Shown here one piece after another: positions 27,201 through 40,694 of a stretch of DNA of 64,000 bases. Position 1 is the stretch's first letter; the number at the start of each line of letters is the position of its first letter. Location: positions 33,666,001 through 33,730,000 of the forward strand of contig CM060732.1 of the NCBI GenBank assembly GCA_030704615.1, given 5' to 3'. The notes below the pieces were generated by a model. That model saw nothing but the letters and a program-made list of their open reading frames with translations, was not told the DNA's origin and did no database searches. A program made the position numbers and the translations under genes. The stretch is from Takakia lepidozioides. Lineage: Eukaryota; Plantae; Bryophyta.

Positions 27201-28068
27201 TCTTAAAAGAGGTTAAATCTCGTTGGTGGGACATTGCAGGTGATGTTCAAAGACGTAGCAGGTTGTGACGAGGCCAAACAGGAAATTATGGAGTTTGTGC
27301 ACTTCTTGAAGAATCCTAAAAAGTATCAAGAACTTGGTGCTAAAATCCCCAAGGGAGCTCTCCTGGTTGGTCCACCTGGCACTGGCAAAACACTCCTTGC
27401 CAAGGCTACGGCTGGTGAAGCAGGGGTTCCATTCCTCTCGATCAGCGGGTCAGATTTTATGGAAATGTTTGTAGGAGTGGGACCCTCACGCGTAAGAGAC
27501 TTGTTTGCTCAAGCACGGCAGTCAAGTCCCAGTATTATCTTTATTGATGAAATTGATGCAATTGGCCGCGCCAGAGGGAGGGGTGGGTTTGCAGGAGCCA
27601 ACGATGAGAGGGAGAGCACCCTTAATCAGCTACTAGTTGAAATGGATGGGTTTGGAACAACTACTGGGGTGGTGGTCCTTGCTGGCACCAACAGGCCTGA
27701 TATCCTGGACAAGGCACTGCTGCGACCAGGCCGTTTTGACCGTCAGATTTCAATTGATCGCCCTGACATCAATGGTCGAGAACAGATCTTTAGGATCTAT
27801 CTTAAAAAATTGAAGCTTGATCAGGACCCTGTTTACTATTCGCAACGAATGGCAGCTTTGACCCCTGGATTTGCAGGAGCTGACATTGCTAATGTGTGTA
27901 ATGAGGCTGCGCTAATCTGTGCAAGGCATGAAAAGACTGTCATCACCATGGTACATTTTGAGGCCGCGATTGATCGAATCATTGGTGGCCTTGAGAAGAA
28001 GATGCGGGTGGGTATTTCCTCTTGCATATCTTGTCTTTTCATTGTAACGGGGAGTAGCAATACTCTCT

Positions 28069-28112
<44 letters not shown>

Positions 28113-29930
28113 AAACTCAGGGCGGGAAGCCTACCTTTGAACAGCAAACAGAAGCAGAGAGGAAAGGGAGAGTGCAATTGCCCGTTGTGTGGGCAACCTG
28201 AAGACAATATTCATTTTCTGATTCATTGTCCGGGGTTCTCTCACCAGAGAGACGCTCTCTTCAAATCTATCAAGGGAATTGTGCCTGTACCTCTGTTTAC
28301 CAACTTTGAAAGTCTCGAGGCTGAGCCAAAAGCCCAGGCCCTTTTGGGGCCTAGTTATTGGGCAAACCACACACAGCAGGTTCATGCTTGTGTAAAGGGA
28401 TTTCCAGAGGATATCTGGAAAACCCGGATCAATTGTTTATTCCAAGGTATTCTTACTACCGGCGTCAGCCCCTGACAAAGGTAGGTTCTGTCCCTTTGTG
28501 TTCCGCTCAAACTGGGAGCGGGGTCAATGGCCACAAGGCTACGGCAAACAACGTCTTATAAGTCCTTCTCTCTCTCTCTCTCTGTCTTTGTCCACAAGGC
28601 TCTATGGGAAACAACATCTCATGAGTACATCCATCTTATAAGCACCAGTTTTTTTTTACCGTTTCTATATTTTCCATTGTTGTTGAAGTTTTGAAGCTCC
28701 TCTCTCTCTATCTCTCCCCCCCTCACAACTGTAGTATCTGTTCCCTCTTCTTCCACCCAAACTGGGCGTGGGGTCTATGGTCACAAGGCTACAGCAAACA
28801 ATGTCTTTTGAGTACATTCTCTCGGCCTCCTGTGGACTCAACAATTTCATTCTTCTTTGTGTATTTCATTCCCAGCATGAATGTGATTTTTTTAATGGCA
28901 TGTTGCTGGTACCAAATTCCTTGGTTCCCTCACATGATGGGGCGTTTCTCAACAAGTAAAAGTAGTGTCTATGATTGTTTTGCAGTTCTCTTGCCGGGCG
29001 CGCTTTACTTATTTTGACCGTCTCTGTTCCCTCCTCATTTTCCTGTTGAGTGCTGAGAATCTGCTTGCTTGATCACAGGTGGTAAGCAAGGAGGAGAGGC
29101 GGACAGTAGCATATCATGAGGCGGGACATGCTGTGACAGGCTGGTTCCTTGAACACGCCGAGCCATTGCTGAAGGTGTCAATTGTCCCACGTGGCACGGC
29201 AGCTCTGGGATTTGCGCAGTATTTACCCAATGAGAATCTCCTTATGACTAAGGAGCAGCTCTTGGATATGACATGTATGATACTTGGTGGGAGAGCAGCT
29301 GAGCAGGTGATTGTCTTAGTTCAGTTTGCCTGCCTGAAGATTGTTGTACATTTTTATTGTGCTCTTGGGGTTGTGGTGCTCACACCAGCCACCTTTGTGT
29401 GTTCACAGGTGTTAATAGGCAGGATTTCCACAGGTGCTCAGAACGACCTGGAAAAAGTGACCAAGATGACATATGCCCAAGTTGCAGTGTATGGTTTCAG
29501 CCCAAAAGTGGGTCTCCTCTCCTTCCCTCCCAAGGATGATGGCCTTGAAATGACAAAACCTTACAGCAATGAGACAGGAGAGATAATTGACCAAGAAGTA
29601 CGTGACTGGGTGGCCGTGGCCTTCAAGCGGACAGTTGACTTGGTCACTTTACACCGGGATGGGGTTGAGGCCCTTGCTTTGAAGCTCCTGGAGAAGGAAG
29701 TGTTGCATCATGAGGATTTGGTTGCAATTTTAGGTGAGAGGCCCTTCAAACATGCTGAGATGTCCAACTATGACAAATTTAAGCTCGGCTTTCAGCCATC
29801 ACGAGAGGATATTGCAAAGCAAGGAACTGAAGTTCAACCTGAGCCCGATGTAGATGGAACGACAACCCCACCTCCACCTTCACCCCCTCCAGGTTTGGAC
29901 GGGAACTTGCCTGCCCCAGCTCTGATATAG
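24228..29930 (+). CDS. FTSH10: Mitochondrial m-AAA ATP-dependent zinc metalloprotease FtsH3/FtsH10-like, 8 exons
   Basis: Exons: 24228-24278, 24554-24875, 25549-25626, 26020-26153, 26425-26925, 27240-28007, 29079-29306, 29409-29930. Motifs: [21 protein letters not shown], Walker A GPPGTGKT, Walker [24 protein letters not shown]. The first exon is less certain. Confidence 0.95.
28111..28817 (+). mobile_element. Non-LTR retrotransposon 3' fragment (CCHC zinc finger plus tail) and two extra tail copies in FtsH intron 6
   Basis: It starts after (CT)20 and encodes [10 protein letters not shown]...[18 protein letters not shown]...IWKTR. The tail motif ggccacaaggctacggcaaacaacgtcttat is repeated at ~28590-28630 and ~28755-28817. 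Confidence 0.8.
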
Positions 29931-32483
29931 ATTTCCCTTGTTCACTGGCTAGGAGAGCCACACATTTTCTTCAGCATTACCAGGCTACATCTTTCCTCTT
30001 TCAGCACACATGGGCAGCAGCAGAAGTGGACAAGGGATGGTGACACTTTGGAGAAGTACAAATTGTGCTTTTTGGAAGGCTGTCTGTCGTTTTAGCACTT
30101 GTGATCTTTGAGGGTCCCACTTTAACAGCTGAAATTGAGTCACACGGTAATGTGGTAACTTGGTTAAGGAGGTGCTTCTGTTTTTCAAGCACTTATGAAT
30201 ATGCCTGGTTATGGAGGTATTTGAGCCTGACTCAGCGTCAGCTGGCAGAGCCCTGGTGTTACTGGTCACGAGCCAAGGTGTTTTCCTGTCATTTAGTTTG
30301 TACCTGCCTTCTCTTGTGTTGGCTGTTAAGAGGGCTGTGGGTTAGTCCTGTACCGATGATTTCCTGATGTCTGGCGCGTATAGTGAGCACCCAAATCTAT
30401 CAGGTATGGAAGTTGGTGATGGGGTAATCAAGTGAGCGGTTTGCTTGGAATTCTCCGATGTTCCAACATCGCAGACCATCTTATTTATCTCCAGGTTTGG
30501 AAGATTAGGTTGGGAGAAACAGTTGTTGTACAGATTTTATGGAAGTGATGGCCTCTTGCCTCGGTCAATAAAGAGACTCGGTGTACTTTGCACTTTGCTC
30601 TGTCAAGAAGGTTCAGGTTGGAATGCATTAGATTGCTGAATGTGATGGGCAAAGTATTAGAGACATCCTTTGGTTTGCTTTGCCAGGGCAGTCCTCCCTA
30701 AAGATCTCAAGCCTTCTCTAACACCTAAAATCCACCTGACAGGCTAGGTGAGTTGGCAGGCAATGTCTGCATGTGGACATCTCCAAAGTTTCCCTAGATC
30801 AACTTTCCTGCTATGATGTGGAATCATCATGATTCTGAGCTTTTGACTCCAGGCTTGGACATTGGTACATTTTCCATGCATACAAGGGGTTGGATTCTGG
30901 GTTTCCCCAACTTCAGGACTTCCATTACAGAAAGCTCATATGACAGTGAAAGACCAAATCTTGGACCACAGAGGTCTATCACATGATGCATTCCAGCCTT
31001 GACTTCTACCAGCACAGACTCTGCTGATGTCAAATTGAACTGGGGACTAACAGTTGAAGTGCTCACCAGTTGGGTGTGGTAGACTTTCAGCTGGAAAGCA
31101 GCATGATGCTGCATCCCAGGGATCCGTAGAACTTGGTTGCGTGTGAGATGAGGTCGTCCATTGCCAACCTCATGTGGCCCTTCTTTCTTGGCGTGTTGAG
31201 GCCAGGAGCGAGCTGGTTTCCTACCAAATGGATGTTGTTGATGACCAGGCTATGGAGTCCATCTCCATCATGATTGATCTCTAAAGCTAGGCTTGTGAAC
31301 ATGAAGTTTCCAACATTGTCTCCAGTATCTTCCTTGCCGCAAGCAACAACATTGACATTTTGGATGTGCAAAAGATCAAATGCCCCTCCCCATTGTTGAA
31401 TCATGACACTCTGCTTCTGTTAACTAATTCCAAGGTCTCCAGTCTCCACTATATGTTAACTATGACACCAACCATACCGTATCTTCAGAAATCAGTTGTT
31501 GACTCCCTACCATGTCTGCGCTTGAGTACATACAATATGAGCATGAAACAACCCGTATCAACATATAGAAGACGAGGTGTGGGAAATGATGGGTTCTCCC
31601 TTCTGTGGGGTTGCTGACATTGGGGGCAAGTCAGTCACACGTAAAACAGTTTGAACAGCTTGTGCGATCTTGTAGACCTTGTGGTGACATGAAATGAATC
31701 AGAACCATAACATTCATGGAAGAAAAAAGAGATATTTTGCAAGCAAGAACAGGACTAGTCAGAGTCCAGAGTCCAGACATCGCGCAGTTCTTATTTTCCG
31801 CGACCACAGTGGATGTGGAGCCTGTCCGAATAGATAATCTGAGGAATGAATTACACATCATTGATATGGTGCAAGCTGCCCTCCAGACAAGCACGATTCG
31901 AAGCTTGACAGTGTTCTGATGTGGATCGCAGGACTCAACAAGTACACGATTCTGTCTTCCCGTTTGCTAAGTTGGGTGTTCTTATTACCTCGTCTCTGCA
32001 ATGCAACACACGGAAATGCCATGTAGATTCATGAGGGCTCTTTCTACAGTTGAACGTTGAGCTTTCCTTCTGTCCATCTCGACCATTCCAAAACAGATTC
32101 AAAGGATGTACCTGATTCCGTCCCTTGATCTTACAGTTGCCTCGAATTGACCCTCTTTTATGTCTGACACGTCCTCAGTGAGTAAGAGTTTGTGAACCAA
32201 ATCTACCTAATAATAAGACACGGATTTGCAGCAACTAGTTTTTAAGTCCATTATGGGATGGAGACAAGCGGCAGCGTGCTTCACGTGCCCATTGCACAGA
32301 GCCCATTGAAGACGTCTTCTTTACACTTGCTCCTGCCGGAGTCTTTTTTCCCGTGGGTCGGGGATGGTGTGAAAGCGATGTTCGTGGATGGAAAAGCACC
32401 TCACCTTTCTTTGGCATTACAAGCTCGACATGGTCTAGAGGTCTTGAGGACTGCCACACTACTGTGAAGAGGGGAAAGAGGAG

Positions 32484-33518
32484 ATGATGGGTGTGGAGTG
32501 CACGGAAGGTGTGAAGGCGTTGGTGCTGGGCCAGGTGCTATCTCTACTGATCACAAGCACCGGATTTACCTCTGCATTATTAGCTCAAAATGGCATAGAT
32601 GCACCCACGACCCAGTCTTTTCTGAATTATGTGTTGCTAGCTGCAGTCTACGGGGGTATGCTGTTGTGGAGAAGGAAGGAGATCCAGATCTCTTGGTATG
32701 TCTATCTTCTATTAGCTCTACTGGATGTGGAAGCAAACTATCTTGTTGTGAAAGCTTATCAGTACACATCTATCACTAGTGTGATGCTGCTGGACTGCTG
32801 GACCATCCCATGCGTACTGGTTCTGACGTGGTTGGTGATGAAGACGCGGTACTGCTCTGGGCACTTCGTCGGAGTGTCAATCTGCGTTGGTGGTCTGGTT
32901 CTTATCATCTTCTCCGATGTGCACGGCCAAGATAGATCTGGAGGAAGTAACTTGGTTCTTGGGGACATGCTCGTGGTTGGGGGTTCCATGCTCTACTCCA
33001 TTTCAAATGTGAGCGAGGAGTTTGTCGTCAAGAGAGTGGATCGCGTGGAGCTCCTAGCACACTTAGGTTGCTTCGGGGCCCTTATTGGTGCCTGCCAGCT
33101 CTATGTGCTGGAATGGAACGAGGTGCGATCGATACAATGGACCGCGAACTCCACCATTCCCTTTGTGGCTTTTGCGTTTGCGCAATTTGCATTCTACAGT
33201 CTGGTGCCTCTTCTGCTCCAAATGAATGGCTCTGCTATGATGAACCTCTCCTTGTTGACATCAGACATGTGGGCCGTCGCTCTTCGCGCATTAGCCTTCC
33301 ATCAAGTGGTAGACAGCCTCTACTTCATCGCCTTTGCAATGGTCGCAGCAGGCCTGGTGATTTATTCCCGGTTTGGAGATCCCTCACCTCCACAGGGTGT
33401 TCTTGCAGCCCCCACTGACAGGGAGACTCAAGTTTACATGCCGCTAGATGACCCTGAGCAACCTTCAGAGCACTCTTGCATACAATCTAAGAGTAGTGAT
33501 GATGAAGGTGCACCCTAG
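32484..33518 (+). CDS. Solute carrier family 35 member F1/F2-like transporter (DUF914), intronless
   Basis: A 344-aa ORF with ~10 hydrophobic segments. Motifs: LGQVLSLLIT, APTTQSFLNY, DVEANYLVVKAYQYTSITSVMLLDC, YSISNVSEE, NLSLLTSDMW. Confidence 0.93.
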   Translation: MMGVECTEGVKALVLGQVLSLLITSTGFTSALLAQNGIDAPTTQSFLNYVLLAAVYGGMLLWRRKEIQISWYVYLLLALLDVEANYLVVKAYQYTSITSVMLLDCWTIPCVLVLTWLVMKTRYCSGHFVGVSICVGGLVLIIFSDVHGQDRSGGSNLVLGDMLVVGGSMLYSISNVSEEFVVKRVDRVELLAHLGCFGALIGACQLYVLEWNEVRSIQWTANSTIPFVAFAFAQFAFYSLVPLLLQMNGSAMMNLSLLTSDMWAVALRALAFHQVVDSLYFIAFAMVAAGLVIYSRFGDPSPPQGVLAAPTDRETQVYMPLDDPEQPSEHSCIQSKSSDDEGAP

Positions 33519-34240
33519 TATTGGATCCTGTCGTCAAAATATGCATTACACGTCTTGCTGAGCACATGCACTAGAAGGCGAGGAAGACAAAGCCATCAGC
33601 AATTGAAAAGAACTCAGCTGGCATCGAAGCTGTCTCACCTGAGAACGCCCCAATTAGGATTCTTGTACTAGGCCATGACTGCTCTAGTCTTTACAAGCTC
33701 AGCCTCAAAATTTAGTAAAAAGGATACGAGATCTTTGTGAAGAGCCTCAGAAAGCAAAACAAGGCAAGACATTTGTGCAGTCACCAAAGAGTCGCCAGGT
33801 CCCCTAACCTTCACCCTGCAAACAAGGAATCATGATTGCACTTGGTGTTCAAATCTACCAGAAAGAGCCTGGATATGCAGTGGAAACAACCCAGCTGCAT
33901 CTTCTCCACAGAGGATCAATCCTGCACATGCGAGGATCAGGGTGCCTAGAGAGGATCACCTCAACCCACAAACTAACCCTGCTGGTCAGTTCCCACCTAG
34001 CCCTTCTAACTAGTAAGGGCACTTTTTTATGCCGGCCCATCAAGCTCTCTCTCTCTCTCTCTCACTATGAGGATCAGAAATGCTTGGCAGCTTACCTGCA
34101 CGAGGCCTTCACCCTTACACAATCACTAGAACATTAGTTCTTATTCTTGGGTTCTGGTTTTGTTTCCTCTTGTTTTCTTCCATTTTGTCCCATAAGCTCT
34201 ATGAGCTTTCCACGGACGTTATAAAGCACCATTTCATTTC

Positions 34241-34282
<42 letters not shown>

Positions 34283-35768
34283 TTCTTTCGTCCTGGGAGT
34301 ACTCATGTTCTTCTGGATTCTCTCCAGATGGCGCCTGTTGTTGGGTGGGAATCCATGAAGAGCCGAGGGCTCGCAGGCAGTGAACATTGAGGGGTTAAAG
34401 TGTTTGCATCATCCTTCCTGTTCACACATTTTTTCTCACCATACAATAATAGCACCATACAATGGTGTGTTGATTTCCGGCAAAGAAAGTTTGCCAATTG
34501 AACCACTGCGTAACTGCGAAACCGTAGGTACATACTACTGTCATCTTGGTATCGATGCAAACAGTAGGAAAGGAAGTGTTGGAGTACTTCCGAGCTAGGT
34601 GCTGTAGTACACACACTGGGCAGAAGTATTGATAAAAGATAAAATTGCATCTTTTGTTGCGCGGCGGTCGGGAAGCCTCTTGGATGGTCCTCACAGACGA
34701 GAAATTATAAATTATGCTGCCAGACACTGAGACACAACATGTAGTGACTGTCGATGAGCACAATTCGGGGAGATGACTATACATGCAAACACCAGTAGCT
34801 CCAAACTTCACAGCATTTCACGATCTAAATGTACTCCTGAGGTGATGAAAACCTGTACTCCTGACGACTCCGTGGGTCACCCACCTGCAATAAGCATCTA
34901 AATGCTTGTTTATAGTTAGGAACCAAATGATGCCTGAAGATGCAAAACTAAAAAAGAGTTTTTGTATGACACTTGTCCACGTCTGAAGGGCTGCGTTACT
35001 GTATGCCCGTGCTTCCTGTCTTCACAGCCCTTCTGTCGAGGTCCTGGATTGGAGGAGTTGACCCATGGACGGATAGTTCAGAGGAAGATTGCATTTTTGT
35101 TGAGAAGAATGGTGTTTCTCACGTCGTGCAGCTGATGCACATATGTCTGGCCCAGATCTGAGTCTGGTGTTGCAAATTCATGTCAGGGGCGGTGGGTCCA
35201 CATGATCTGCCCCTCCACGTGCGTTAGAGATAGAGGTCCCAAGACTCTGCTTATCGGATAGATCTTTTAATCCATTTGGCGGTTTTGGCCTTTGTTCCGA
35301 TGTCACGTTGATTTCTTATCCCCCCTTACCCCACGCCTGCCAGGGGACTCTCTGGCTCTGTCTCTCTTTAGGACAAAGAAGCAATCGATCTCGTACTTTG
35401 GGTATCTCCTAGGCCTTTGTTTCTCTTGCAGGCTTCTGTCGCTCTCTTCATGGGCTCGTCCCTTCTTGGCTTGTTCTTTTGTCGAATCTGTGATCACTTG
35501 GATTCTGATCTACTGGCCAATTCAGGTCTCCATTCTTCTTAAACAAGGATTTCTCTTCCCTCTGTGTAGAATGTAACAAATCGAGATTCGAAGATATCTG
35601 GGGTCAGATTCTTAACTTCTGTTTCCAAGTCTTTCCAATAGATAAAGTATCAAGTCTGCAAGGCTCTGTTTCCGTCATATACCTTTCGAGAGTACAGGTG
35701 TGATCCAGTAAGAGGAGAGAGATTGTCTCCGCATCAAGTCTCACTGCAACTTCCAGCAGAGAGAGAGG

Positions 35769-38696
35769 ATGGAAGCGTGCCGTACCAGTCTGGGGATTCC
35801 CAAGAGATGTAGCAGCGCCGCACGAGCTGTGGCATTACCACAAGAGCAAGTAGCAAATTTACCTTTGTCTATCAGATTTCCATCTCCATCCACCCAAGTG
35901 CAGAGTCAGCTTGTGCTCATGCGTCATGGTATGCTCTCCGATCTTCTCTATCTCTATTCGTTTCCCAATTCATCAATGGCATTCCATATTGAGCTTCTCA
36001 AGGAGGGGTTATATCTCGGTGAGTTAATTAGGGCCATGCCACGGCAGTACATTGGCACTCGGTGGTGCGCCAACACTGCCTGCGTTATTCCCTTTCTTTG
36101 CAGACTTTAGCTTGGTAGGTCTTCTTTCATCTGTGGCATTCAATTGTGAGATTGGATTTGGATGCCTTCACACAATTGAGCCATAATCATCACTTCCTAC
36201 AGAGAGTTAGATGTTGGGTTGTGGAGCTCAAGGGCTGCAATTTATTCAACAGATTGAGAGGGAGAGAATACTGCTCTGAGAGTTTAACTTCAACTCATCT
36301 TTTCCTGCAGGTGAGAGCATGTGGAATGACCTGAAGCTCTTTACAGGGTATCTCTCTCTCTCTCTCCTTGTGGTCCTCTGTTATTTCTACCATGTCCCAT
36401 AGCGTCTTGGGCCTCCAAAACTCCCTCTTCTTTTTCTCGGTCTCTCTCACACAGAGACAGTGAGCCAGAGCAGCTGGTGCTAGAAGTAACATTGAGGCTT
36501 GTACAAACACTTGAATTCTAGAAATCAAATTGTTGCTGGCTCCTTAAGTCTCATTGACCCTTCCTTGCTACCTACCTTGAGGGCGTGGTTCTCAAGGAAG
36601 ACAACCATCTAGTGGGGGTTCTACACACCATTGCATGAGTCTCAGTCCAAATTGGCATGACTGTATGCACAGCTGATGACAATCTGGTTAGGGTGTGATT
36701 AAGCTGGTCAACATCGTAGCAGGAAACATTGTTTGAATCCAGCAGTGCTACTGTTGCCTGTGTAAGAAAGGAAACTCATTGACCATTCCTTGTGAGGGCC
36801 TAGTCTTTTCTGGATACCAATCAAGTACTTTCCGCACATCAGGTTATGAAACTCAGCCCGAATCAGACTGGTGTCATTTGTGTGGACATGAACCCAAAAA
36901 ATTAATAATGACAGAACAGCAAGAACAAGTTACTGCAGCACAGAGAGAGAGAGAGAGAGACAGATACGATTTTCTCAATAGATGTTCCTTGCTGGAGAAA
37001 AAGAGAAAGAAAGAAGAAAAGAAAGAACTTTCCTTCTCAGAAAAAATAGGTGATTTGCAAAAACTTGTGTACGTTTCTCCATGACTAAAAATGAAGACAA
37101 CCTGCGCTGAATGTTCAGGGATGTGGATATACCACTGACAGAGAAGGGACTAATGGAGGCATTAGAGGGTGGGCGTGCTGTTAGTCAAATTGACTTTGAC
37201 ATCATCTTCACAAGCCGCCTAGTTCGGGCGAAGCAGACTGCTCTCATTGCCATGACCCAGGTTCTCTCTCTCTCTCTCTCTCTCTTTTCATCCAAAGGGT
37301 CAATGGCCACAAGGCTACGGCAAACAACGTCTTATGAGTACAATCTTTTCATCCAAACTAGGCATGGGGTCTATTGCCACAAGGCTACAGCAAATGAAGT
37401 CTTATGAGTACATTCTCTCTCTCTCTCTCAAGTGGAACTTTTCTCGCTAGAAGTGCAGAAACTTGTAAGGAACAGAAAAAGCAGGAAGAGAAATGTTCGA
37501 CTTCTAGTGACGAAAGTTCTACTCATGTTGGTGTGGGACTTGAAAAACATGCATATAGATATTATGTGTCCATGGGTCACTAATGTGTTCTTCAAACCCT
37601 TGAACAGAACAAGTTCAAGAAAGTGCCAGTGCTAGTGCGGGGAGGCTTCTATGGTAAAGGCAAGACAGGGGATGCTAATCGCATTCGACTCCGGGATGCA
37701 GCTGCTAAGGCCCTGGAAACGGCCTCGTGTCGCATGGTGCCGGTCTACGCTGACCCTGCACTCAATGAGCGCTGCTATGGTGATTTGCAGGTTCTACTCT
37801 GCCCTTTTGCCAATCACGACCCACTGCTACTCGGCATTTTCAAGATGTTCCTTATCCAAGTGACCAGGACAGTGGGCCACCATTCTGACATCAAGCAATT
37901 AGTATATTTTTCCCCACTGACATTGCAACTTATTATTTTAAAATCTATATTCTCTTGAGAGTGAAGTTCGTTGCATCTCGCAGGGACTGAATAAAGAAAG
38001 AGCTGCTCAGGAGTTTGGGGAGGAGATGGTGAGCAAATGGCGCCGAAGCAATGATACACGGCCTCCAAAGGGAGAGAGCTTGCAGGTGAAGACACAGTAC
38101 ATATAAGACTACCTTCTCTCAGCTGGCATATCACATAACCTATTGTGAGAAACTTAGGACCTATGATTTGCAAACGTCAGTGTCTCGACCAGGGCAGAAA
38201 ACATTAAACTGGTGTGAGTTTGCATTGCAGGACACAGTGGTAAGGTCTGTTGGATTGTTCCAGTCAACCATTGAGCCACGACTGAAGGAAGGCCGTAATG
38301 TGCTGTTGGTGGCCCATGGCAATGTGCTGCGCTGTATCATCTCCCACCTCGCGGGCCTATCTGACCTTGAGATGCTCCGTCTTCAGGTCTGGGACTTTAT
38401 CTGAGTGCTTTGACACAGTCTTGTGATGTAAGCTCTTCATATGATCTCAGGTTGCACACAGGGCTAGTGACGACAAGGTCTGATTGCTCTGTGTATCATG
38501 TGGAACCACTTTTGAACAATTTTTTGGGTGCACACAGATTGTGACAGCTTTGCCTTATGCGTACGCATACGATGGGAGCAAGTTTGCAGAGTGTTGTGTT
38601 CTGCCACCCCTGGATCAGGGAAACCACCCCCGCAGCGACGTGCCTCTCGGCATCACATCTGTATTGAAGAAAGGGGATCTCAATTCCTTGATATGA
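35769..38696 (+). CDS. Cofactor-dependent phosphoglycerate mutase-like histidine phosphatase, 7 exons
   Basis: Exons: 35769-35928, 36311-36347, 37119-37260, 37608-37790, 37984-38085, 38231-38386, 38538-38696. Motifs: RHGESMWN..LFTGDVDIPLT, TSRLVRA, LNERCYGDLQGLNK, PPKGESL, AHGN. Confidence 0.92.
37297..37413 (+). mobile_element. Two stacked retroposon tails in a (CT)n tract
   Basis: A 47-bp insert (37297-37343) is flanked by the perfect 14-bp TSD tcttttcatccaaa (37283-37296 and 37344-37357). An older copy follows and ends TATGAGTACAT-(TC)n. Confidence 0.8.
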
Positions 38697-38984
38697 ACTC
38701 ATTGGGGGCCTTCCCCCTCTTACTTTACCTCTCTCTCTCCCTCCCCCTACAGGCTGGGAACACCAAAAATCTTCTCACTAGTTTCCAAAGGCTTACTAGA
38801 TCTTGTAAATAATAGAAGAAATTGTGGAATTCAATTTTGCAGATGCAGATATTTGTATGTAGCAAGGATGACAGTTCGCGACTCCATTGATCACTCTTCT
38901 GTATTTGTATAGTCCCCAGAAGGGGAATCTCAGATGAACAAAGGATCAACATTCAAAGCCAGTCTCTGGGTCTGTTATTCAATT

Positions 38985-40200
38985 TCTTTTTCTTCGTCTT
39001 TTTTTTTTTTTTTTTTAGAGAAAGGGGAGCCTCAAGAACCGCAGGCGTGTCAGGCCTTTTTTCAAAAAGCTTCATGAAAAAGTCTGCCGCCGTGTTAGCC
39101 ATCTTTTTGGGGATGGAGCAAGGCAGGCCAGCAGCATCCCGAAGAGAAGGAGTCAGGGTAGAGGCCAGGTTGTGCTTGGCAATTCTATGAGATATAAGGG
39201 TTTGTGGGTGTCTTACCCCTCTTGCAATTGAAACTGGCAAACATGTAGACACTTGGTCAAGGCTTTCTCTTTTCTCGTGGACTCCTCGGCTTTCTTCCTA
39301 GACAGCTCTTGGCAGATATTTCTCAGAATCGAGGAGAGTTGGAGAAGAAGGGAAGGTCAGCAGTGGACCAAGCCCTTTGAAGATTGAGAATCACTTCTGG
39401 GTCGGAAAGAAGAGAGGGGTTAAGCTTAAAAAAGCCCCTTCCGCTAACTCTCTACCCAGGGGTGTGGAGTGAAAGTTGGACAGTGGAGTGATCCAACCCA
39501 GGAGCAATTGGAACAATGGGAAATCTAGCAGACCAGTTCAACAAATGAGCAGTGCAGTAAAATCTGTCCAAACGAGCCATGGATAGGTTCGGCAGCTCTC
39601 TGCTGTTAGACCAGGTATATCTCAACTCACCATCCGCTGGTGGTGAAGCATCCAACAGCCCAACCAAGAGAATCCCAGGAGTCTCTTTCAGCTAGAGAAA
39701 GACTATGAACGTTGTTTCCAGATCCGTCACTGTCTAATTCGACCATGTTAAATCTCCACCAACTATCCAATGAATGTTTCAGCCTCATATTGCAATTCTA
39801 CCCGTTCTTCCTCACTGTTTGGGGCGTACACATTAACCACTCCAACTTTCCCCACGATAGGCCCCAAGTTCATGGTAATGGTTTGAACACGGCCTTGAAA
39901 CCAAATATCATTGGCAAGAATACTGGGACCCAAAGAAGAAAGACCAAAATGGCTGTACCCCCTCTGGAAATTGCAACAGTAGGGTTCCAGAAAGCTGAGG
40001 GAGACGGCCAAATAGAGACGGCCAAATAGAGCCCCCTAAAGAGGTGATTTTAGCAAGATCTAATTTATACTCTTGGAGGAGAATGAGAGAGGAACGGTTA
40101 ACCATATTGGAGGCCCAGTGTCTGATTCTCGCCCCTTTTGGGACGAAAGTGGTCAGAACCTATGCCTTTGATATTTCCGCTAGTGAGGGATACATGAGAT
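38985..40200 (-). mobile_element. L1-type LINE fragment: apurinic endonuclease domain followed by an A-rich tail
   Basis: Frameshifted motifs SGNIKGIG, LLQEYKL, VVNVYAPN, GGDFNMV, YTWSN, ARLDRFY and DHSTV. A run of ~18 A (minus strand) lies at ~38999-39016. Confidence 0.8.
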
Positions 40201-40694
40201 GTGACAGCCGAGAGAAGGCCCGTGGTGAAATCGGTATTTTGTTCTTGTATCAGCTGGTTGCAGGGTGGAGATCCTTTTTTAAGGAAAAACAAAATTTCTG
40301 AAATTCCTGGATCCCTAGATTCCCACATTCCCTGCAGCATTCGAGGAATCGAATCACAAAATAGATAGATGGATATAGTCTGTTGACACAATACGTCACT
40401 CTCGTCACTCTCGCTTCGTCGATCGGCAGACGAGGCTGCAGTATATAAGCTCTCGATGGAGACTGCATTCCAGAGTTCTGACAAGGGAAATGCTTTCTGC
40501 TTCGGGTCCTCTTGGATTTCTGTCAAGTCTAACCTTTGGTGTTGTATTGGTTGTTCTGGATCTCGAATCGGGGATTTCAAGACACTCCAGAAGGAGGCAT
40601 TGTATCCCAATTTGTCTGCCTTGAGGTTACTACGGATTAGTTGCTCACAAGACAAAGTGGTGATCCGCTGATAGCCCCAAACTGGATTCTGGAA

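Noticed and set aside
28008-28475. FtsH ORF apparently extended with a zinc finger
   Set aside because: This is read-through past the donor at 28008 into (CT)n and a LINE fragment. The protease domain resumes at 29079.
30650-32200. Coding-like stretches with stops between FtsH and SLC35F
   Set aside because: Possibly a pseudogene, but no identifiable homology by eye.
33600-35500. Possible small spliced gene on the minus strand
   Set aside because: Splice-like signals exist, but no coherent reading frame could be assembled.
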